DNA from: Blastococcus sp.
Lineage (GTDB): Bacteria > Actinomycetota > Actinomycetes > Mycobacteriales > Geodermatophilaceae
DNA length: 64,000 nt
NCBI GenBank assembly: GCA_035999465.1
Contig: DASYGS010000011.1
Span: 14,521-78,520 of the forward strand
Direction: 5' to 3'
Below the pieces are notes generated by a model. The model was not told the origin of the DNA, made no database searches, and saw nothing but the letters and a program-made list of their open reading frames with translations. A program made the translations under genes and the position numbers. Positions 9,657-18,710 of this stretch are shown here, in pieces. The stretch's first letter is position 1. Each line of letters begins with the position of its first letter.

Positions 9657-10019
9657 GTGGCGTCGCTGGGGGAGCTCGAGCGGGCGCTCATGGACCGGCT
9701 GTGGGCCGCCGACGCCCCGGTCCCGGCCACGACCCTGCGCGAGGAGCTCGCCGACCGCGGGGTCGCGCTGACCACCGTGCACACCGTGCTGACCCGGCTG
9801 GAGCACAAGGGGTTCGTCGTGCACGACGACGAGCGCCCGCGCCGCTTCCGGGCCAGCGCGTCCCGCGCCGACCACTCCGCCGAGCTCATGCACGAGGTGC
9901 TCGGCAACTCCGGCGACCGACAGGCGGTGCTGGCCCGCTTCGTCGGCAGCGTGTCGCAGGACGAGGCCCGGTTGCTCCGGGAGCTGCTCGACGGCGCGGA
10001 CGACGCCGGGCGCGGCTGA
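9657..10019 (+). CDS. BlaI/MecI/CopY family transcriptional repressor
   Basis: LGELERALMDRLW, LTTVHTVLTRLEHKGFV, AELMHEVL...VLARFV. Confidence 0.92.
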   Translation: MASLGELERALMDRLWAADAPVPATTLREELADRGVALTTVHTVLTRLEHKGFVVHDDERPRRFRASASRADHSAELMHEVLGNSGDRQAVLARFVGSVSQDEARLLRELLDGADDAGRG

Positions 10020-10036
10020 CCCCGCCCCACCCGCCC

Positions 10037-10969
10037 GTGCTGCCCGCCACCGCGGCCGCGCTCGCCGTCCTGGCGGTGCTGCTCGCCTGGCCGGTCCCCG
10101 CCCTGCTCGCGCGGGCCGGCTGGACCCGCCGCGACCCGCTGGTGGCGCTCGTCTGCTGGCAGGCGGTCGGGCTGGCCGGTGGGCTGTCGATGATCGGCGC
10201 GCTACTCGTCCACGGGCTCGCGCCGTGGGGGACGTCGGTGCCCGGCGCCGCCTGGGCGCTGCTGCGCGGCCGGCCCGCCGTCGACCCGGTCCGCGGCGAC
10301 CACTGGGTGGCGCTCACCCTGGCCGGGGTGCTCGCGGTGGAGCTCGTGGGGGTGCTGCTGCTCTCCTGGGTGCGCACGACGCGTACCCGCCGCAGGCACC
10401 GGGCGCTGCTCGAGCTCGTCGTCCGGCCGGCGGTCGACGTGCCCGACGCGCGGCTGCTGGACCATCCGGCGCCGGTCGCGTTCTGCATCCCGGGCGCGCG
10501 CCCGCTGCTGGTGTTCTCCTCCGGCATGGTGGCCGAGCTCGACGGCGAGCAGCTGGCCGCCGTCGTCGCGCACGAGCGCGCGCACCTGAGGGAGCACCAC
10601 CACCTGCTCCTGCTGCCGTTCGTCGCGTGGGAGGCCGCGCTGCCGGTACTGCCGGCGGCGGCCCGCGCGCACGCGGCCGTCCGGGAACTGGTGGAGATGC
10701 GGGCCGACGACGTCGCGCTCGGCTCGCTGCCCGGCCCCGCGCCGCGGCGCACGCTGGCGCGGGCGATCGTCGCGGCCGCCGGGGCCGACGGCGGGGGAGG
10801 CGTGCCCGAGGGCGCGCTCGCCGTCACCGGGGGCGGGATCCGCGCCCGCGTCGTCCGGCTGCTCGACCCGCCCGCGCCGCTGCCCCCGCCGGCCCGCTGG
10901 GCGGCCCTCGCCGCGGCGACGCTGCTGATCCTGGCCCCGACCGCGCTGCTCGTCGTCCCCGCGCTCTGA
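10037..10969 (+). CDS. M56/M48-type membrane zinc metalloprotease (BlaR1-like, Rv1845c-like)
   Basis: N-terminal TM helices, AFCIPG, AHERAHL (HExxH), LVEMRADD; start approximate. Confidence 0.87.
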   Translation: MLPATAAALAVLAVLLAWPVPALLARAGWTRRDPLVALVCWQAVGLAGGLSMIGALLVHGLAPWGTSVPGAAWALLRGRPAVDPVRGDHWVALTLAGVLAVELVGVLLLSWVRTTRTRRRHRALLELVVRPAVDVPDARLLDHPAPVAFCIPGARPLLVFSSGMVAELDGEQLAAVVAHERAHLREHHHLLLLPFVAWEAALPVLPAAARAHAAVRELVEMRADDVALGSLPGPAPRRTLARAIVAAAGADGGGGVPEGALAVTGGGIRARVVRLLDPPAPLPPPARWAALAAATLLILAPTALLVVPAL

Positions 10970-10980
10970 CGCCCATCTCC

Positions 10981-11056
10981 GAGTTGATCATCGTCTGCGT
11001 GCGCGGCGCGGCGGCGTGTCCCGCCGTGTCGCGGGCACGCAGACGATGATCAACTC
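10981..11056. repeat. Palindromic REP/MITE-like element, copy 2
   Basis: Perfect 22-bp inverted repeat GAGTTGATCATCGTCTGCGTGC / GCACGCAGACGATGATCAACTC. Confidence 0.9.
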
Positions 11057-13314
11057 CGGAGGGGGGCGAAGCCGCGCAACCGCAGGCTGTTGGAGACGAC
11101 GAACACCGAGCTGAACGCCATCGCGGCGCCGGCGATCATCGGGTTGAGCAGCCCGGCGGCGGCCAGCGGGATCGCTGCCACGTTGTAGGCGAAGGCCCAG
11201 AACAGGTTGCCCTTGATCGTCGTCAGGGTGCGGCGGGACAGTCGGATCGCGTCGGCGGCCACCCGCAGGTCACCGCTGACCAGGGTCAGGTCACCGGCCT
11301 CGATCGCGACGTCCGTGCCGGTGCCCATCGCCAGCCCCAGGTCGGCCTGCGCCAGGGCGCCGGCGTCGTTGACGCCGTCGCCGACCATCGCCACGATCCG
11401 GCCCTCGCCCTGCAGCCGCCGCACGACGGCGACCTTGTCCTGCGGCAGCACCTCGGCGATGACAGTGGCCGGGCCCGGGTCGATGCCCACCTCGGCGGCC
11501 ACCGACGCGGCGACCGCGGCGTTGTCGCCGGTCAGCAGGATCGGGGTGAGCCCGAGCGCGCGCAGCCGGCGGACGGCCTCGGTCGAGGTCGGCTTCACCG
11601 CGTCGGCCACGACCAGGATCCCGCGCGCGGCGCCGTCCCAGCCGACGGCGATCGCCGTCCGCCCCTGGGTCTCGGCCTCGACGGCGGCGCGCTCGAGGTC
11701 CTCGGGCAGGTGCTGGGCCCAGTCGGCCAGGAGCCGGCGGCGGCCGGCGACCACGGCGTGCCCCTCGACGACGCCGTGCACGCCGAGGCCCTCGGCATTG
11801 GTGAACTCCGCGACCGGCGGCAGGTCGAGGCCGCGTTCGGCCGCTCCCCGCGCGATCGCCTGGGCGATGGGGTGCTCCGACGCGTCCTCCAGCGCGCCGG
11901 CGAGGCGCAGCAGTTCGTCGGCGTCCACGCCGGCCGCCGGGACGACGTCGTGCAGCGCCATGCGGCCGGTGGTCAGCGTGCCGGTCTTGTCCAGGACGAC
12001 GGTGTCGACCCGGCGGGTGGACTCCAGCACCTCCGGCCCCTTGATCAGGATGCCGAGCTGGGCGCCGCGGCCGGTGCCGACCATCAGCGCGGTCGGCGTG
12101 GCCAGCCCGAGTGCGCACGGGCAGGCGATGATCAGGACGGCGACGGCGGCGGTGAACGCGGCCGCCGGACCGTTGCCGGTGAGCAGCCAGCCGGCGAGGG
12201 TGAGCACCGCGAGGGCCAGCACGACCGGCACGAAGATCCCCGAGATGCGGTCGGCCAGTCGCTGCACCTCGGCCTTGCCGGTCTGCGCCTCGTCGACCAG
12301 GCGGGCCATCTGCGCGAGCTGGGTCTCGGCGCCGACGCGGGTGGCCCGCACGACCAGCCTGCCGCCGGCGTTGGCCGTCGCGCCGGCCACGGTGTCGCCG
12401 GGGCCGACCTCGACCGGCACCGACTCCCCGGTGAGCATCGAGGCGTCGACCGCCGACGAGCCGTCGGTGACCTCGCCGTCGGCGGCGATCTTCTCGCCGG
12501 GCCGGACGACGAACTCCTCGCCCTCGGCCAGCTCGCCGATGGGGACCCGCCGCTCGACGCCGTCGCGGAGCACCGCGACGTCCTTCGCGCCGAGTTCGAG
12601 CAGGGCCCGCAGCGCGGCGCCGGCGCGGCGCTTGGCGCGGGCCTCGAAGTACCGCCCGGCGAGGATGAACGTCGTCACCCCGGCGGCGGCCTCGAGGTAG
12701 ATGTTGGCGCCGCCGTCGCTGCGCCCGATGGTCAGCTCGAACGTGTGCGTCATGCCCGGCATCCCGGCCGTGCCGAGGAACAGCGCGTACAGCGACCAGG
12801 TGAACGCGGCGATGGTGCCGAGCGAGACCAGGGTGTCCATCGTGGCGGCGCCGTGGCGGAGGTTGGTCCAGGCGGCCCGGTGGAACGGTGCCCCGCCCCA
12901 GACGACGACCGGCGCGGCCAGCGTCAGCGACAGCCACTGCCAGTAGGTGAACTGCAGTGCGGGGATCATCGCCATCGCGACCACCGGCACGCTCAACGCC
13001 GTCGAGATCAGCAGCCGCTGCCGCAGTGCACCGGCCGGGTCACCGCCTGGTTCGGCGACGTCCGGGGGCTCCGGCTCCGGAGGTGCGGGGAGCTGGGCGG
13101 TGTAGCCGGTCTTCTCCACGGTCGCGACCAGGTCGGCGGGGGTGATCCCGGGGCCGTAGGCGACCCGGGCCTTCTCGGTGGCGTAGTTGACCGTGGCGGT
13201 GACGCCGTCCATCCGGTTGAGCTTCTTCTCGATGCGGGCGGCGCACGAGGCGCAGGTCATCCCGCCGATCAGCAGCTCGACGTCGTGGCCGGTGGTGGGT
13301 GGGGGAGTCGTCAT
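11050..13314 (-). CDS. copA: Copper-translocating P1B-type ATPase
   Basis: GMTCASC HMA domain, [29 protein letters not shown] and MAFSS Cu(I) ligands. Confidence 0.95.
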   Translation of the reverse strand: MTTPPPTTGHDVELLIGGMTCASCAARIEKKLNRMDGVTATVNYATEKARVAYGPGITPADLVATVEKTGYTAQLPAPPEPEPPDVAEPGGDPAGALRQRLLISTALSVPVVAMAMIPALQFTYWQWLSLTLAAPVVVWGGAPFHRAAWTNLRHGAATMDTLVSLGTIAAFTWSLYALFLGTAGMPGMTHTFELTIGRSDGGANIYLEAAAGVTTFILAGRYFEARAKRRAGAALRALLELGAKDVAVLRDGVERRVPIGELAEGEEFVVRPGEKIAADGEVTDGSSAVDASMLTGESVPVEVGPGDTVAGATANAGGRLVVRATRVGAETQLAQMARLVDEAQTGKAEVQRLADRISGIFVPVVLALAVLTLAGWLLTGNGPAAAFTAAVAVLIIACPCALGLATPTALMVGTGRGAQLGILIKGPEVLESTRRVDTVVLDKTGTLTTGRMALHDVVPAAGVDADELLRLAGALEDASEHPIAQAIARGAAERGLDLPPVAEFTNAEGLGVHGVVEGHAVVAGRRRLLADWAQHLPEDLERAAVEAETQGRTAIAVGWDGAARGILVVADAVKPTSTEAVRRLRALGLTPILLTGDNAAVAASVAAEVGIDPGPATVIAEVLPQDKVAVVRRLQGEGRIVAMVGDGVNDAGALAQADLGLAMGTGTDVAIEAGDLTLVSGDLRVAADAIRLSRRTLTTIKGNLFWAFAYNVAAIPLAAAGLLNPMIAGAAMAFSSVFVVSNSLRLRGFAPLRS

Positions 13315-13330
13315 GGGGGATCGCGCCGCG

Positions 13331-13540
13331 TCAGCGGGCGGCCACCTCGTAGCCGGCCTCCTCGACGGCGGCGCGGACGGCGGTGTCGTCGACCGGCGCC
13401 CCGCTGGTGACGGTCACCCCGCCGCTGGCGAGGTCGACGTCGACCGCGGTGACACCGGGGATCTGGGTGACCTCCTCGGTGACGGCGTTGACGCAGTGCC
13501 CGCACGTCATGCCGACGACGGTGTAGGTGGCGGTGCTCAT
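13331..13540 (-). CDS. copZ: Copper chaperone (HMA domain)
   Basis: [16 protein letters not shown]...VEEAGY, 69 aa. Confidence 0.92.
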   Translation of the reverse strand: MSTATYTVVGMTCGHCVNAVTEEVTQIPGVTAVDVDLASGGVTVTSGAPVDDTAVRAAVEEAGYEVAAR

Positions 13541-13562
13541 GAGCTGTCCTCTCGGGGTGGGA

Positions 13563-13880
13563 TCAGGATCGGACGAGGCGGGCGATGGCCTCGGAGGCCT
13601 CGCGCACCTTCTCGTCGGCCTCGCGGCCACCGACCTTCGCGGCCTCGACGACGCAGGAGCTCAGGTGCTCCTCGAGCAGGCCGAGGGAGACGGCCTGGAG
13701 TGCCTTCGTCATCGCCGAGACCTGGGTGAGGATGTCGATGCAGTACTTCTCGTCCTCGACCATGCGCTGCAGCCCGCGGGCCTGGCCCTCGATCCGGCGG
13801 AGCCGCTTGAGGTAGTCGTCCTTGCGCTGGATGTAGCCGTGCTGATGGCCCGGTGCGCTCTCGGGGTCGGCGAGCTCCAT
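13563..13880 (-). CDS. csoR: CsoR/RicR copper-sensing repressor
   Basis: KRLRRIEGQARG, YCIDILTQ, EHLSSCV (C-H-C Cu site). Confidence 0.92.
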   Translation of the reverse strand: MELADPESAPGHQHGYIQRKDDYLKRLRRIEGQARGLQRMVEDEKYCIDILTQVSAMTKALQAVSLGLLEEHLSSCVVEAAKVGGREADEKVREASEAIARLVRS

Positions 13881-13922
13881 GGTTTCCTCCGGCCGGTCGT
13901 CCGCAGCTGCGGTGCCCCGGGA

Positions 13923-13942
13923 ACTATACCCCCCTAGGGTGT
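13923..13942 (-). promoter_or_regulatory. csoR promoter -10 (TATAGT) overlapping a CsoR operator
   Basis: ATACCCCCCTAGGGTGT resembles the TACC-C/G-tract-GGTA CsoR/RicR operator; ACTATA reads TATAGT on the minus strand. Confidence 0.7.
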
Positions 13943-14259
13943 GCCCCCAAGGCCTGGCGGAGCTCGTCGACCGAGGCCCGGGCCGCGGCGAGCTGGTCCT
14001 GCAGCTCGAGGATGGTGCCGGCCGAGGCGAGGGAGTGGCCGTCGTCGAGCAGGACGCGGAAGCGCGCGGCGAGCAGGAGTTGCTGGCGCGAGTAACGGCG
14101 GTGCCCGCCGGGGGAGCGGTGCGGCTCGAGCACGCCGGAGGTGTCGAGGCTGCGGAGGAAGGCGGCCTGGACCCCGAGCAGCTCGGCCGCCTGGCTCATG
14201 GTGAGCGCCGGGAAGTCGGGGTCGTCGAGCCGGCGGAGCGGGTCGGGGCCGGGCGTCAT
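13924..14259 (-). CDS. MerR-type HTH transcriptional regulator
   Basis: DDPDFPALTMSQAAELLGVQAAFLRSLD, HRSPGGHRRYSR; RBS GGAGG. Confidence 0.85.
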   Translation of the reverse strand: MTPGPDPLRRLDDPDFPALTMSQAAELLGVQAAFLRSLDTSGVLEPHRSPGGHRRYSRQQLLLAARFRVLLDDGHSLASAGTILELQDQLAAARASVDELRQALGAHPRGV

Positions 14260-14287
14260 CGCCGTCCCTCCTGTCGGGTGCGGAAAG

Positions 14288-14325
14288 CCCGAGGGGCCGG
14301 ACCCGACCGGGCCCGGCCCCTCGGG
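14288..14325 (-). terminator. Hairpin between hsp20 and the MerR gene
   Basis: CCCGAGGGGCCGG / CCGGCCCCTCGGG 13-bp stem followed by CTTTC on the minus strand. Confidence 0.65.
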
Positions 14326-14336
14326 AGAGCGCGGGA

Positions 14337-14822
14337 TCAGCTCTCGACCGCCTTGCTCGGGACCGACTCGCCCTCGATGGTGCGGTCGCTCATCGTGGCG
14401 TCGGCGCGCGTGACCGTGATCTTGCGGGCCTTGGCCTTCTCGGCCACCGGGATGCTCACGGTCAGCACCCCGTCGTGGTAGCTGGCCTCGAGCCGGTCGG
14501 TGTCGAGGCTCCGGCCGAGCACCAGCTGGCGGGTGTAGCTGCCGAAGGGACGCTCGGCGATGCTCCACTCGGCGTTCTCGAGCTGTGGCACCGAGCGCTC
14601 CGCGCTGACGGTCAGCGTCGTGCCCTCGATCGACAGGTCGATCGACCCGGGGTCGACGCCGGGCAGGTCGAAGTGGGCGACGAAGTTGTCGCCGACCCGG
14701 TACGCGTCCATCGGCATGCCCGACAGGGGGCGGGCGGTCATGGATCCCGAGCGGCCGGTGAGCTGGTCCAGCGCGCGGAAGGCGGCGGACGTGGCGGCGA
14801 ACGGGTCGTAGGCGGTCAGCAT
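14337..14822 (-). CDS. Hsp20/alpha-crystallin small heat-shock protein
   Basis: MPMDAYR, FDLPGVDP, ERPFGSYTRQL, ASYHDGVLTVSIP; RBS AGGAGG. Confidence 0.93.
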   Translation of the reverse strand: MLTAYDPFAATSAAFRALDQLTGRSGSMTARPLSGMPMDAYRVGDNFVAHFDLPGVDPGSIDLSIEGTTLTVSAERSVPQLENAEWSIAERPFGSYTRQLVLGRSLDTDRLEASYHDGVLTVSIPVAEKAKARKITVTRADATMSDRTIEGESVPSKAVES

Positions 14823-14951
14823 GGCTCTGCAACCTCCTGATGTCTCGACGGGTGCTGATCGCTGCCCGAGGTAAACCTCTAGTGGCGACTGGAGAATACC
14901 TCCATCGCGCGCGCCGGTAAACCCCGCCACCTGCGGGTTCACCTGGGGCGG

Positions 14952-15845
14952 TCAGGTGGTCGCGGCCACCGGGAAGTCGACTCCGGTCAGCCGGGCGGAG
15001 GCCTCCCAGAGTGCCCGGGCGAGGTCGGGATCGCTGGCCTCCGTGGTGCGGCCCACGAGCGTCGGGTAGCCGCGGAGCTCCTGGAAACCGCTCGGGCCGA
15101 GGTAGCTGCCACCGGGCAGGTCCCGGGTCGCCGCGGCCAGGGTGGGCAGCGCGCCCATGCGGTCGGACTGGGCGAGCAGCTTGTTGCCGAGCTTCATCCC
15201 GCCGTCCACGAGTCGGCTGCCCGACCGGCCCTGCAGGTTGGTCGCGGCCCAGCCCGGGTGCGCTGCCAGCGACCCGACCCGGGAGCCGGACTCCGCCAGC
15301 CGGCGCTGCAGCTCGAGGCTGAACAGCAGGTTGGCCAGCTTGGACTGGCCGTAGGCGGCGGTCGCGTTGTACGGCCGGCGCTGCCAGTTGAGGTCGTCGA
15401 GGTCGATCCGGCCCGCGCGGTGCATGGACGAGCTGACCGTGACCACCCGGTCGGTCACGTGCGGCAGCAGCAGGTTGGTGAGCGCGAAGTGGCCGAGGTG
15501 GTTGGTGCCGAACTGCAGCTCGAAACCGTCGGCCGTCATGCCCGCCGGCACCATCATGATCCCGGCGTTGTTGATCAGGACGTCGAGCGGACCGGTCCAG
15601 TCGGCGGCGAAGGTGCGCACCGAGTCCAGGTTCGCGAGGTCGAGGTGCCGCACGCTCACGTCGCCGGTGAGGGAGGACGCCGCCTGCTCGCCGCGGGCGA
15701 GGTCGCGCACAGCGAGGACGACGCGGGCGCCGGTTCGGGCGAGCTCACGGGCCGTCGCGAGTCCGAGACCGCTGTTGGCGCCGGTGACGACCACGGTCCG
15801 GCCGGTCTGGGAGGGGATGTCGGCGGCTGTCCAGCGCGGTGTCAT
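14952..15845 (-). CDS. Short-chain dehydrogenase/reductase (retinol dehydrogenase-like)
   Basis: TGANSGLG, NNAG, NHLGHFAL, YGQSK, HPG. Confidence 0.92.
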   Translation of the reverse strand: MTPRWTAADIPSQTGRTVVVTGANSGLGLATARELARTGARVVLAVRDLARGEQAASSLTGDVSVRHLDLANLDSVRTFAADWTGPLDVLINNAGIMMVPAGMTADGFELQFGTNHLGHFALTNLLLPHVTDRVVTVSSSMHRAGRIDLDDLNWQRRPYNATAAYGQSKLANLLFSLELQRRLAESGSRVGSLAAHPGWAATNLQGRSGSRLVDGGMKLGNKLLAQSDRMGALPTLAAATRDLPGGSYLGPSGFQELRGYPTLVGRTTEASDPDLARALWEASARLTGVDFPVAATT

Positions 15846-15901
15846 GCCCCCGACTGTAGGCAGCGGAGCCGACATTCCCCGGTGCGGGCAAGATTGGGCA
15901 G

Positions 15902-16534
15902 GTGACCACCGACCTGTCGCCCGACCTGCTGACCGCCGCGCGGGACGCGCCGGGGTTCATGCCCGACGACGAGGGCGCGGCGCTCTACGCCGCCGCCCGC
16001 GCCGTCGCCGTCCCGGGGCCGCTGCTGGAGGTCGGCAGCTGGATGGGGAAGTCGGCGCTCTACCTGGCCGCTGCCGCCCGCGAGACCGGGCGGCAGGTCG
16101 TCACCGTCGACCACCACCGCGGCTCCGAGGAGCACCAGCCGGGCTGGGAGTACCACGATCCGGCGCTGGTCGACCCGCTGGTGGGCCGCATCGACACGCT
16201 GCCCTCCTTCCGCCGGACCATCGCGGCCGCCGGCGCCGAGGACGTCGTCGTCGCGGTCGTCACCCGCTCGGAGGTGCTCGCCCCGCTGTGGACGACGCCG
16301 CTCGCGCTGCTGTTCCTCGACGGCAGCCACACCGAGGAGTCGGCCCGCCGCGACCAGGACGCGTGGGTCGCCAAGCTCGCCGTCGGCGGCACCCTGGCCA
16401 TCCACGACGTCTTCCCCGACCCCGCCGACGGCGGCCAGGCCCCGTTCGGCGTCTACCGCCGCGTGCTCGCGTCCGGCGACTTCGAGGAGCAGCCGGGCAC
16501 GGGGTCGCTGCGCCTGCTCCGGCGGCTGCGGTGA
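15902..16534 (+). CDS. Class I SAM-dependent methyltransferase (Methyltransf_24-like)
   Basis: GFMPDDEG, LEVGSWMGKS, VDHHRGSEE, LFLDGSH, IHDVF. Confidence 0.88.
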   Translation: MTTDLSPDLLTAARDAPGFMPDDEGAALYAAARAVAVPGPLLEVGSWMGKSALYLAAAARETGRQVVTVDHHRGSEEHQPGWEYHDPALVDPLVGRIDTLPSFRRTIAAAGAEDVVVAVVTRSEVLAPLWTTPLALLFLDGSHTEESARRDQDAWVAKLAVGGTLAIHDVFPDPADGGQAPFGVYRRVLASGDFEEQPGTGSLRLLRRLR

Positions 16535-16857
16535 TCGATCCGCTGGTGGCCGAGCGTGACGCGGCCCTCGCCCAGATCGAGGCCCTGAGCAGAGAGTTCG
16601 AGGGTGTGATCGACGCGTCGCGGGCGTCCAACGCCGATGACGAGCACGACCCGGAGGGCGCGACGATCGCCTTCGAGCGGCAGCAGGTGGTGGCGCTGCT
16701 CGAGCAGGCGCGGCGCCGGCTGGCCGACGTCGAGGCGGCGCTGGCCCACCGGGAGACCGGCGACTACGGCATCTGCGAGAACTGCGGCCGGCCGATCGGG
16801 CCGGAGCGGCTCGCCGCCCGGCCGGCCGCGCGCACGTGCATCGACTGCGCCCGCTGA
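16531..16857 (+). CDS. TraR/DksA C4-type zinc finger protein
   Basis: GTGA overlap; DDEHDPEGATIAFER coiled coil; YGICENCG...ERL.ARP.ARTCIDC. Confidence 0.9.
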   Translation: MIDPLVAERDAALAQIEALSREFEGVIDASRASNADDEHDPEGATIAFERQQVVALLEQARRRLADVEAALAHRETGDYGICENCGRPIGPERLAARPAARTCIDCAR

Positions 16858-16861
16858 GGCG

Positions 16862-17920
16862 TCAGGGCAGAACCGCGTCGCTCTCGGGGGCATCCGTCAG
16901 CCCCGGCGCCGGGATGGCGGCCGGATCGGTGAACAGGCGGGCCGCCGGCGTCGCCCCGGCCAGCGCGTCCGCGGCGAGCACCACCGCGGCCGCCGTCCAC
17001 GTGGTCCGCTCGACCGGCCACCGCGCGTCGTCGGCGTAGACCAGGCCGGTCCAGTACGAGCCGTCGTCGTGGCGCAGGTGCTGCATCGCCGCGACCTGCT
17101 CGATCGCCGCGTCCGGCTGACCGGCTGCGGCCAGCGCCAGGGCCAGCTCGCAGGTCTCGGCCCCGGTCACCCACGGATGGTCGGCCACGCAGCGGGCCCC
17201 GAGTCCGGGGACGACGAAGCGGTCCCAGTCGCCGGCCAGCCGCTCGCGGGCCGCCGTCCCCGTGAGCGCGCCGCCCAGCACGGGGTAGTACCAGTCCATC
17301 GAGTAGCGGCTGCGGTCGGCGAAGTCGCCGGGGCGGGTGCGCAGCGCCGCACCGAGGTCGGTGACCGCGAGCTCCCAGTCGGGCTGGGCCTCCCCGTGCA
17401 GCGCGGCGAGCGCGATGCCGCAGCGCAGCGCCTGGAAGAGGCTGGCGTTGCCGGTGAGCAGCGCCGTGTCGTCGGGCGTGCCGTCGGGGCGCAGCGCCCA
17501 GCTGACCGCGCCGCCCGACAGCTGCATCCGGACCACCAGGTCCAGCCCGCGCCGGACCGCGGGCCAGAGGTCGGTCACCAGCCGCTCGTCGCCGCTGACG
17601 AGCCAGGTGTGCCAGCCGCCGACCGCCAGGTATCCGGCGTGGTTGCTCTCGGCGGCGGGCGCGGACTCGCAGCCGGCCCGGTACTCGGCGGCCCACGACC
17701 CGTCGGGCCGCTGGCGGCCGGCCAGCCAGCGGTAGGCGTCGGCCGCGCGGGCGTGCTCGCCACCGATGTCGAGGGCCATCGCCGCCTCGACCGAGTCCCA
17801 CGGGTCGAGCTGGCCCTCGCGGAACCAGGGGAGTGCGCCGTCGGCGTGCTGCTCGGCGGCGATCGACGCGACGGTCTCCCGCACCTGGTCCGCGGTCAGG
17901 ACGCCGGGCAGCTCGGGCAC
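16862..17920 (-). CDS. Prenyltransferase/squalene-oxidase-like alpha-alpha barrel protein
   Basis: QHADGALPW, DPWDSVEAAMAL, QRPDGSW, YSMDWYYPVL, PWVTGAETCE, DDGSYWTG. Confidence 0.75.
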   Translation of the reverse strand: MPELPGVLTADQVRETVASIAAEQHADGALPWFREGQLDPWDSVEAAMALDIGGEHARAADAYRWLAGRQRPDGSWAAEYRAGCESAPAAESNHAGYLAVGGWHTWLVSGDERLVTDLWPAVRRGLDLVVRMQLSGGAVSWALRPDGTPDDTALLTGNASLFQALRCGIALAALHGEAQPDWELAVTDLGAALRTRPGDFADRSRYSMDWYYPVLGGALTGTAARERLAGDWDRFVVPGLGARCVADHPWVTGAETCELALALAAAGQPDAAIEQVAAMQHLRHDDGSYWTGLVYADDARWPVERTTWTAAAVVLAADALAGATPAARLFTDPAAIPAPGLTDAPESDAVLP

Positions 17921-17930
17921 GGCGTCCCGG

Positions 17931-18710
17931 TCAGCGGGCGGCAGCGGTCCGCTCCTCCGCGGAGGGCCCGCCGGCGGCGGATCCGGAGCCGGTGGCCGCG
18001 ACCGCGGGCTTGTCCGCGTAGACGACGAGGCTCTTGCCGAACACGGGGTCGAGCGCGCGCTCGGCGGCCCGGGTCAGCCACGGGCGCTTCGTCAGGTCCC
18101 ACACCAGCAGCCGGTGGTAGGCGCGCACCACCGCGGCGTCACGCTCCACGCCGACGGCGCACTTGAGCCACCAGTAGGGGGCGTGCAGGGCGTGCGCGTG
18201 GTGGCTCCCGCCCGGCACCAGGCCCACCGACGCCAGCCGGGTGCGGACGACGTCGCGCCGGTAGATGCGGACGTGGCCACCCTCGTTGGCGTGGTACTCG
18301 TCGGACAGCGCCCAGCAGATCCGCTCCGGGCCGTAGCGAGGCACGGTCACCGCGACCCGGCCCCCCGGCCTGAGGACGCGGGCGATCTCGGCCATCGCCG
18401 TGACGTCGTCCGGGATGTGCTCGAGCACCTCGGAGGCGATCACCCGGTCGACGCTGGCGTCGGGCACGGGCAGGTGCAGCAGGTCGCCGCGGACGACCTC
18501 GAACCGAGAGCCGTCCGGGGCCTCGCCGGCCTCGGCGATCGCGCCGAGCCAGCGCTTCGTCGTCTCGACCTCGGACTGCCCCCAGTCGACGGCGACGACC
18601 TTCGCGCCCCGGCGGAGCGCCTCGAACGCGTGCCGGCCCTCGCCGCAGCCCAGGTCGAGGACGGTCATCCCCGCCCGGAGGTCGAGCAGGTCGTAGTCGA
18701 CGGTCAGCAC
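17931..18710 (-). CDS. Class I SAM-dependent methyltransferase
   Basis: VLDLGCGEGRH, SEVLEHI, RVLRPGG, HHAHALHAPYWWLKC. Confidence 0.9.
   Translation of the reverse strand: MLTVDYDLLDLRAGMTVLDLGCGEGRHAFEALRRGAKVVAVDWGQSEVETTKRWLGAIAEAGEAPDGSRFEVVRGDLLHLPVPDASVDRVIASEVLEHIPDDVTAMAEIARVLRPGGRVAVTVPRYGPERICWALSDEYHANEGGHVRIYRRDVVRTRLASVGLVPGGSHHAHALHAPYWWLKCAVGVERDAAVVRAYHRLLVWDLTKRPWLTRAAERALDPVFGKSLVVYADKPAVAATGSGSAAGGPSAEERTAAAR

Noticed and set aside
7736-10036. Apparent 1077-aa protein ending in the M56 domain
   Set aside because: N-terminal part is antisense to cydA/cydB and overlaps blaI; the real gene starts near 10037
3546-11056. Palindromic repeats as CRISPR or tRNA
   Set aside because: Only two copies 7.4 kb apart, no spacers or cas genes, and a single long hairpin rather than a cloverleaf
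14877-14894. HAIR (HspR) operator upstream of hsp20
   Set aside because: Arms and spacer differ from CTTGAGT-N7-ACTCAAG; kept only as an unassigned palindrome
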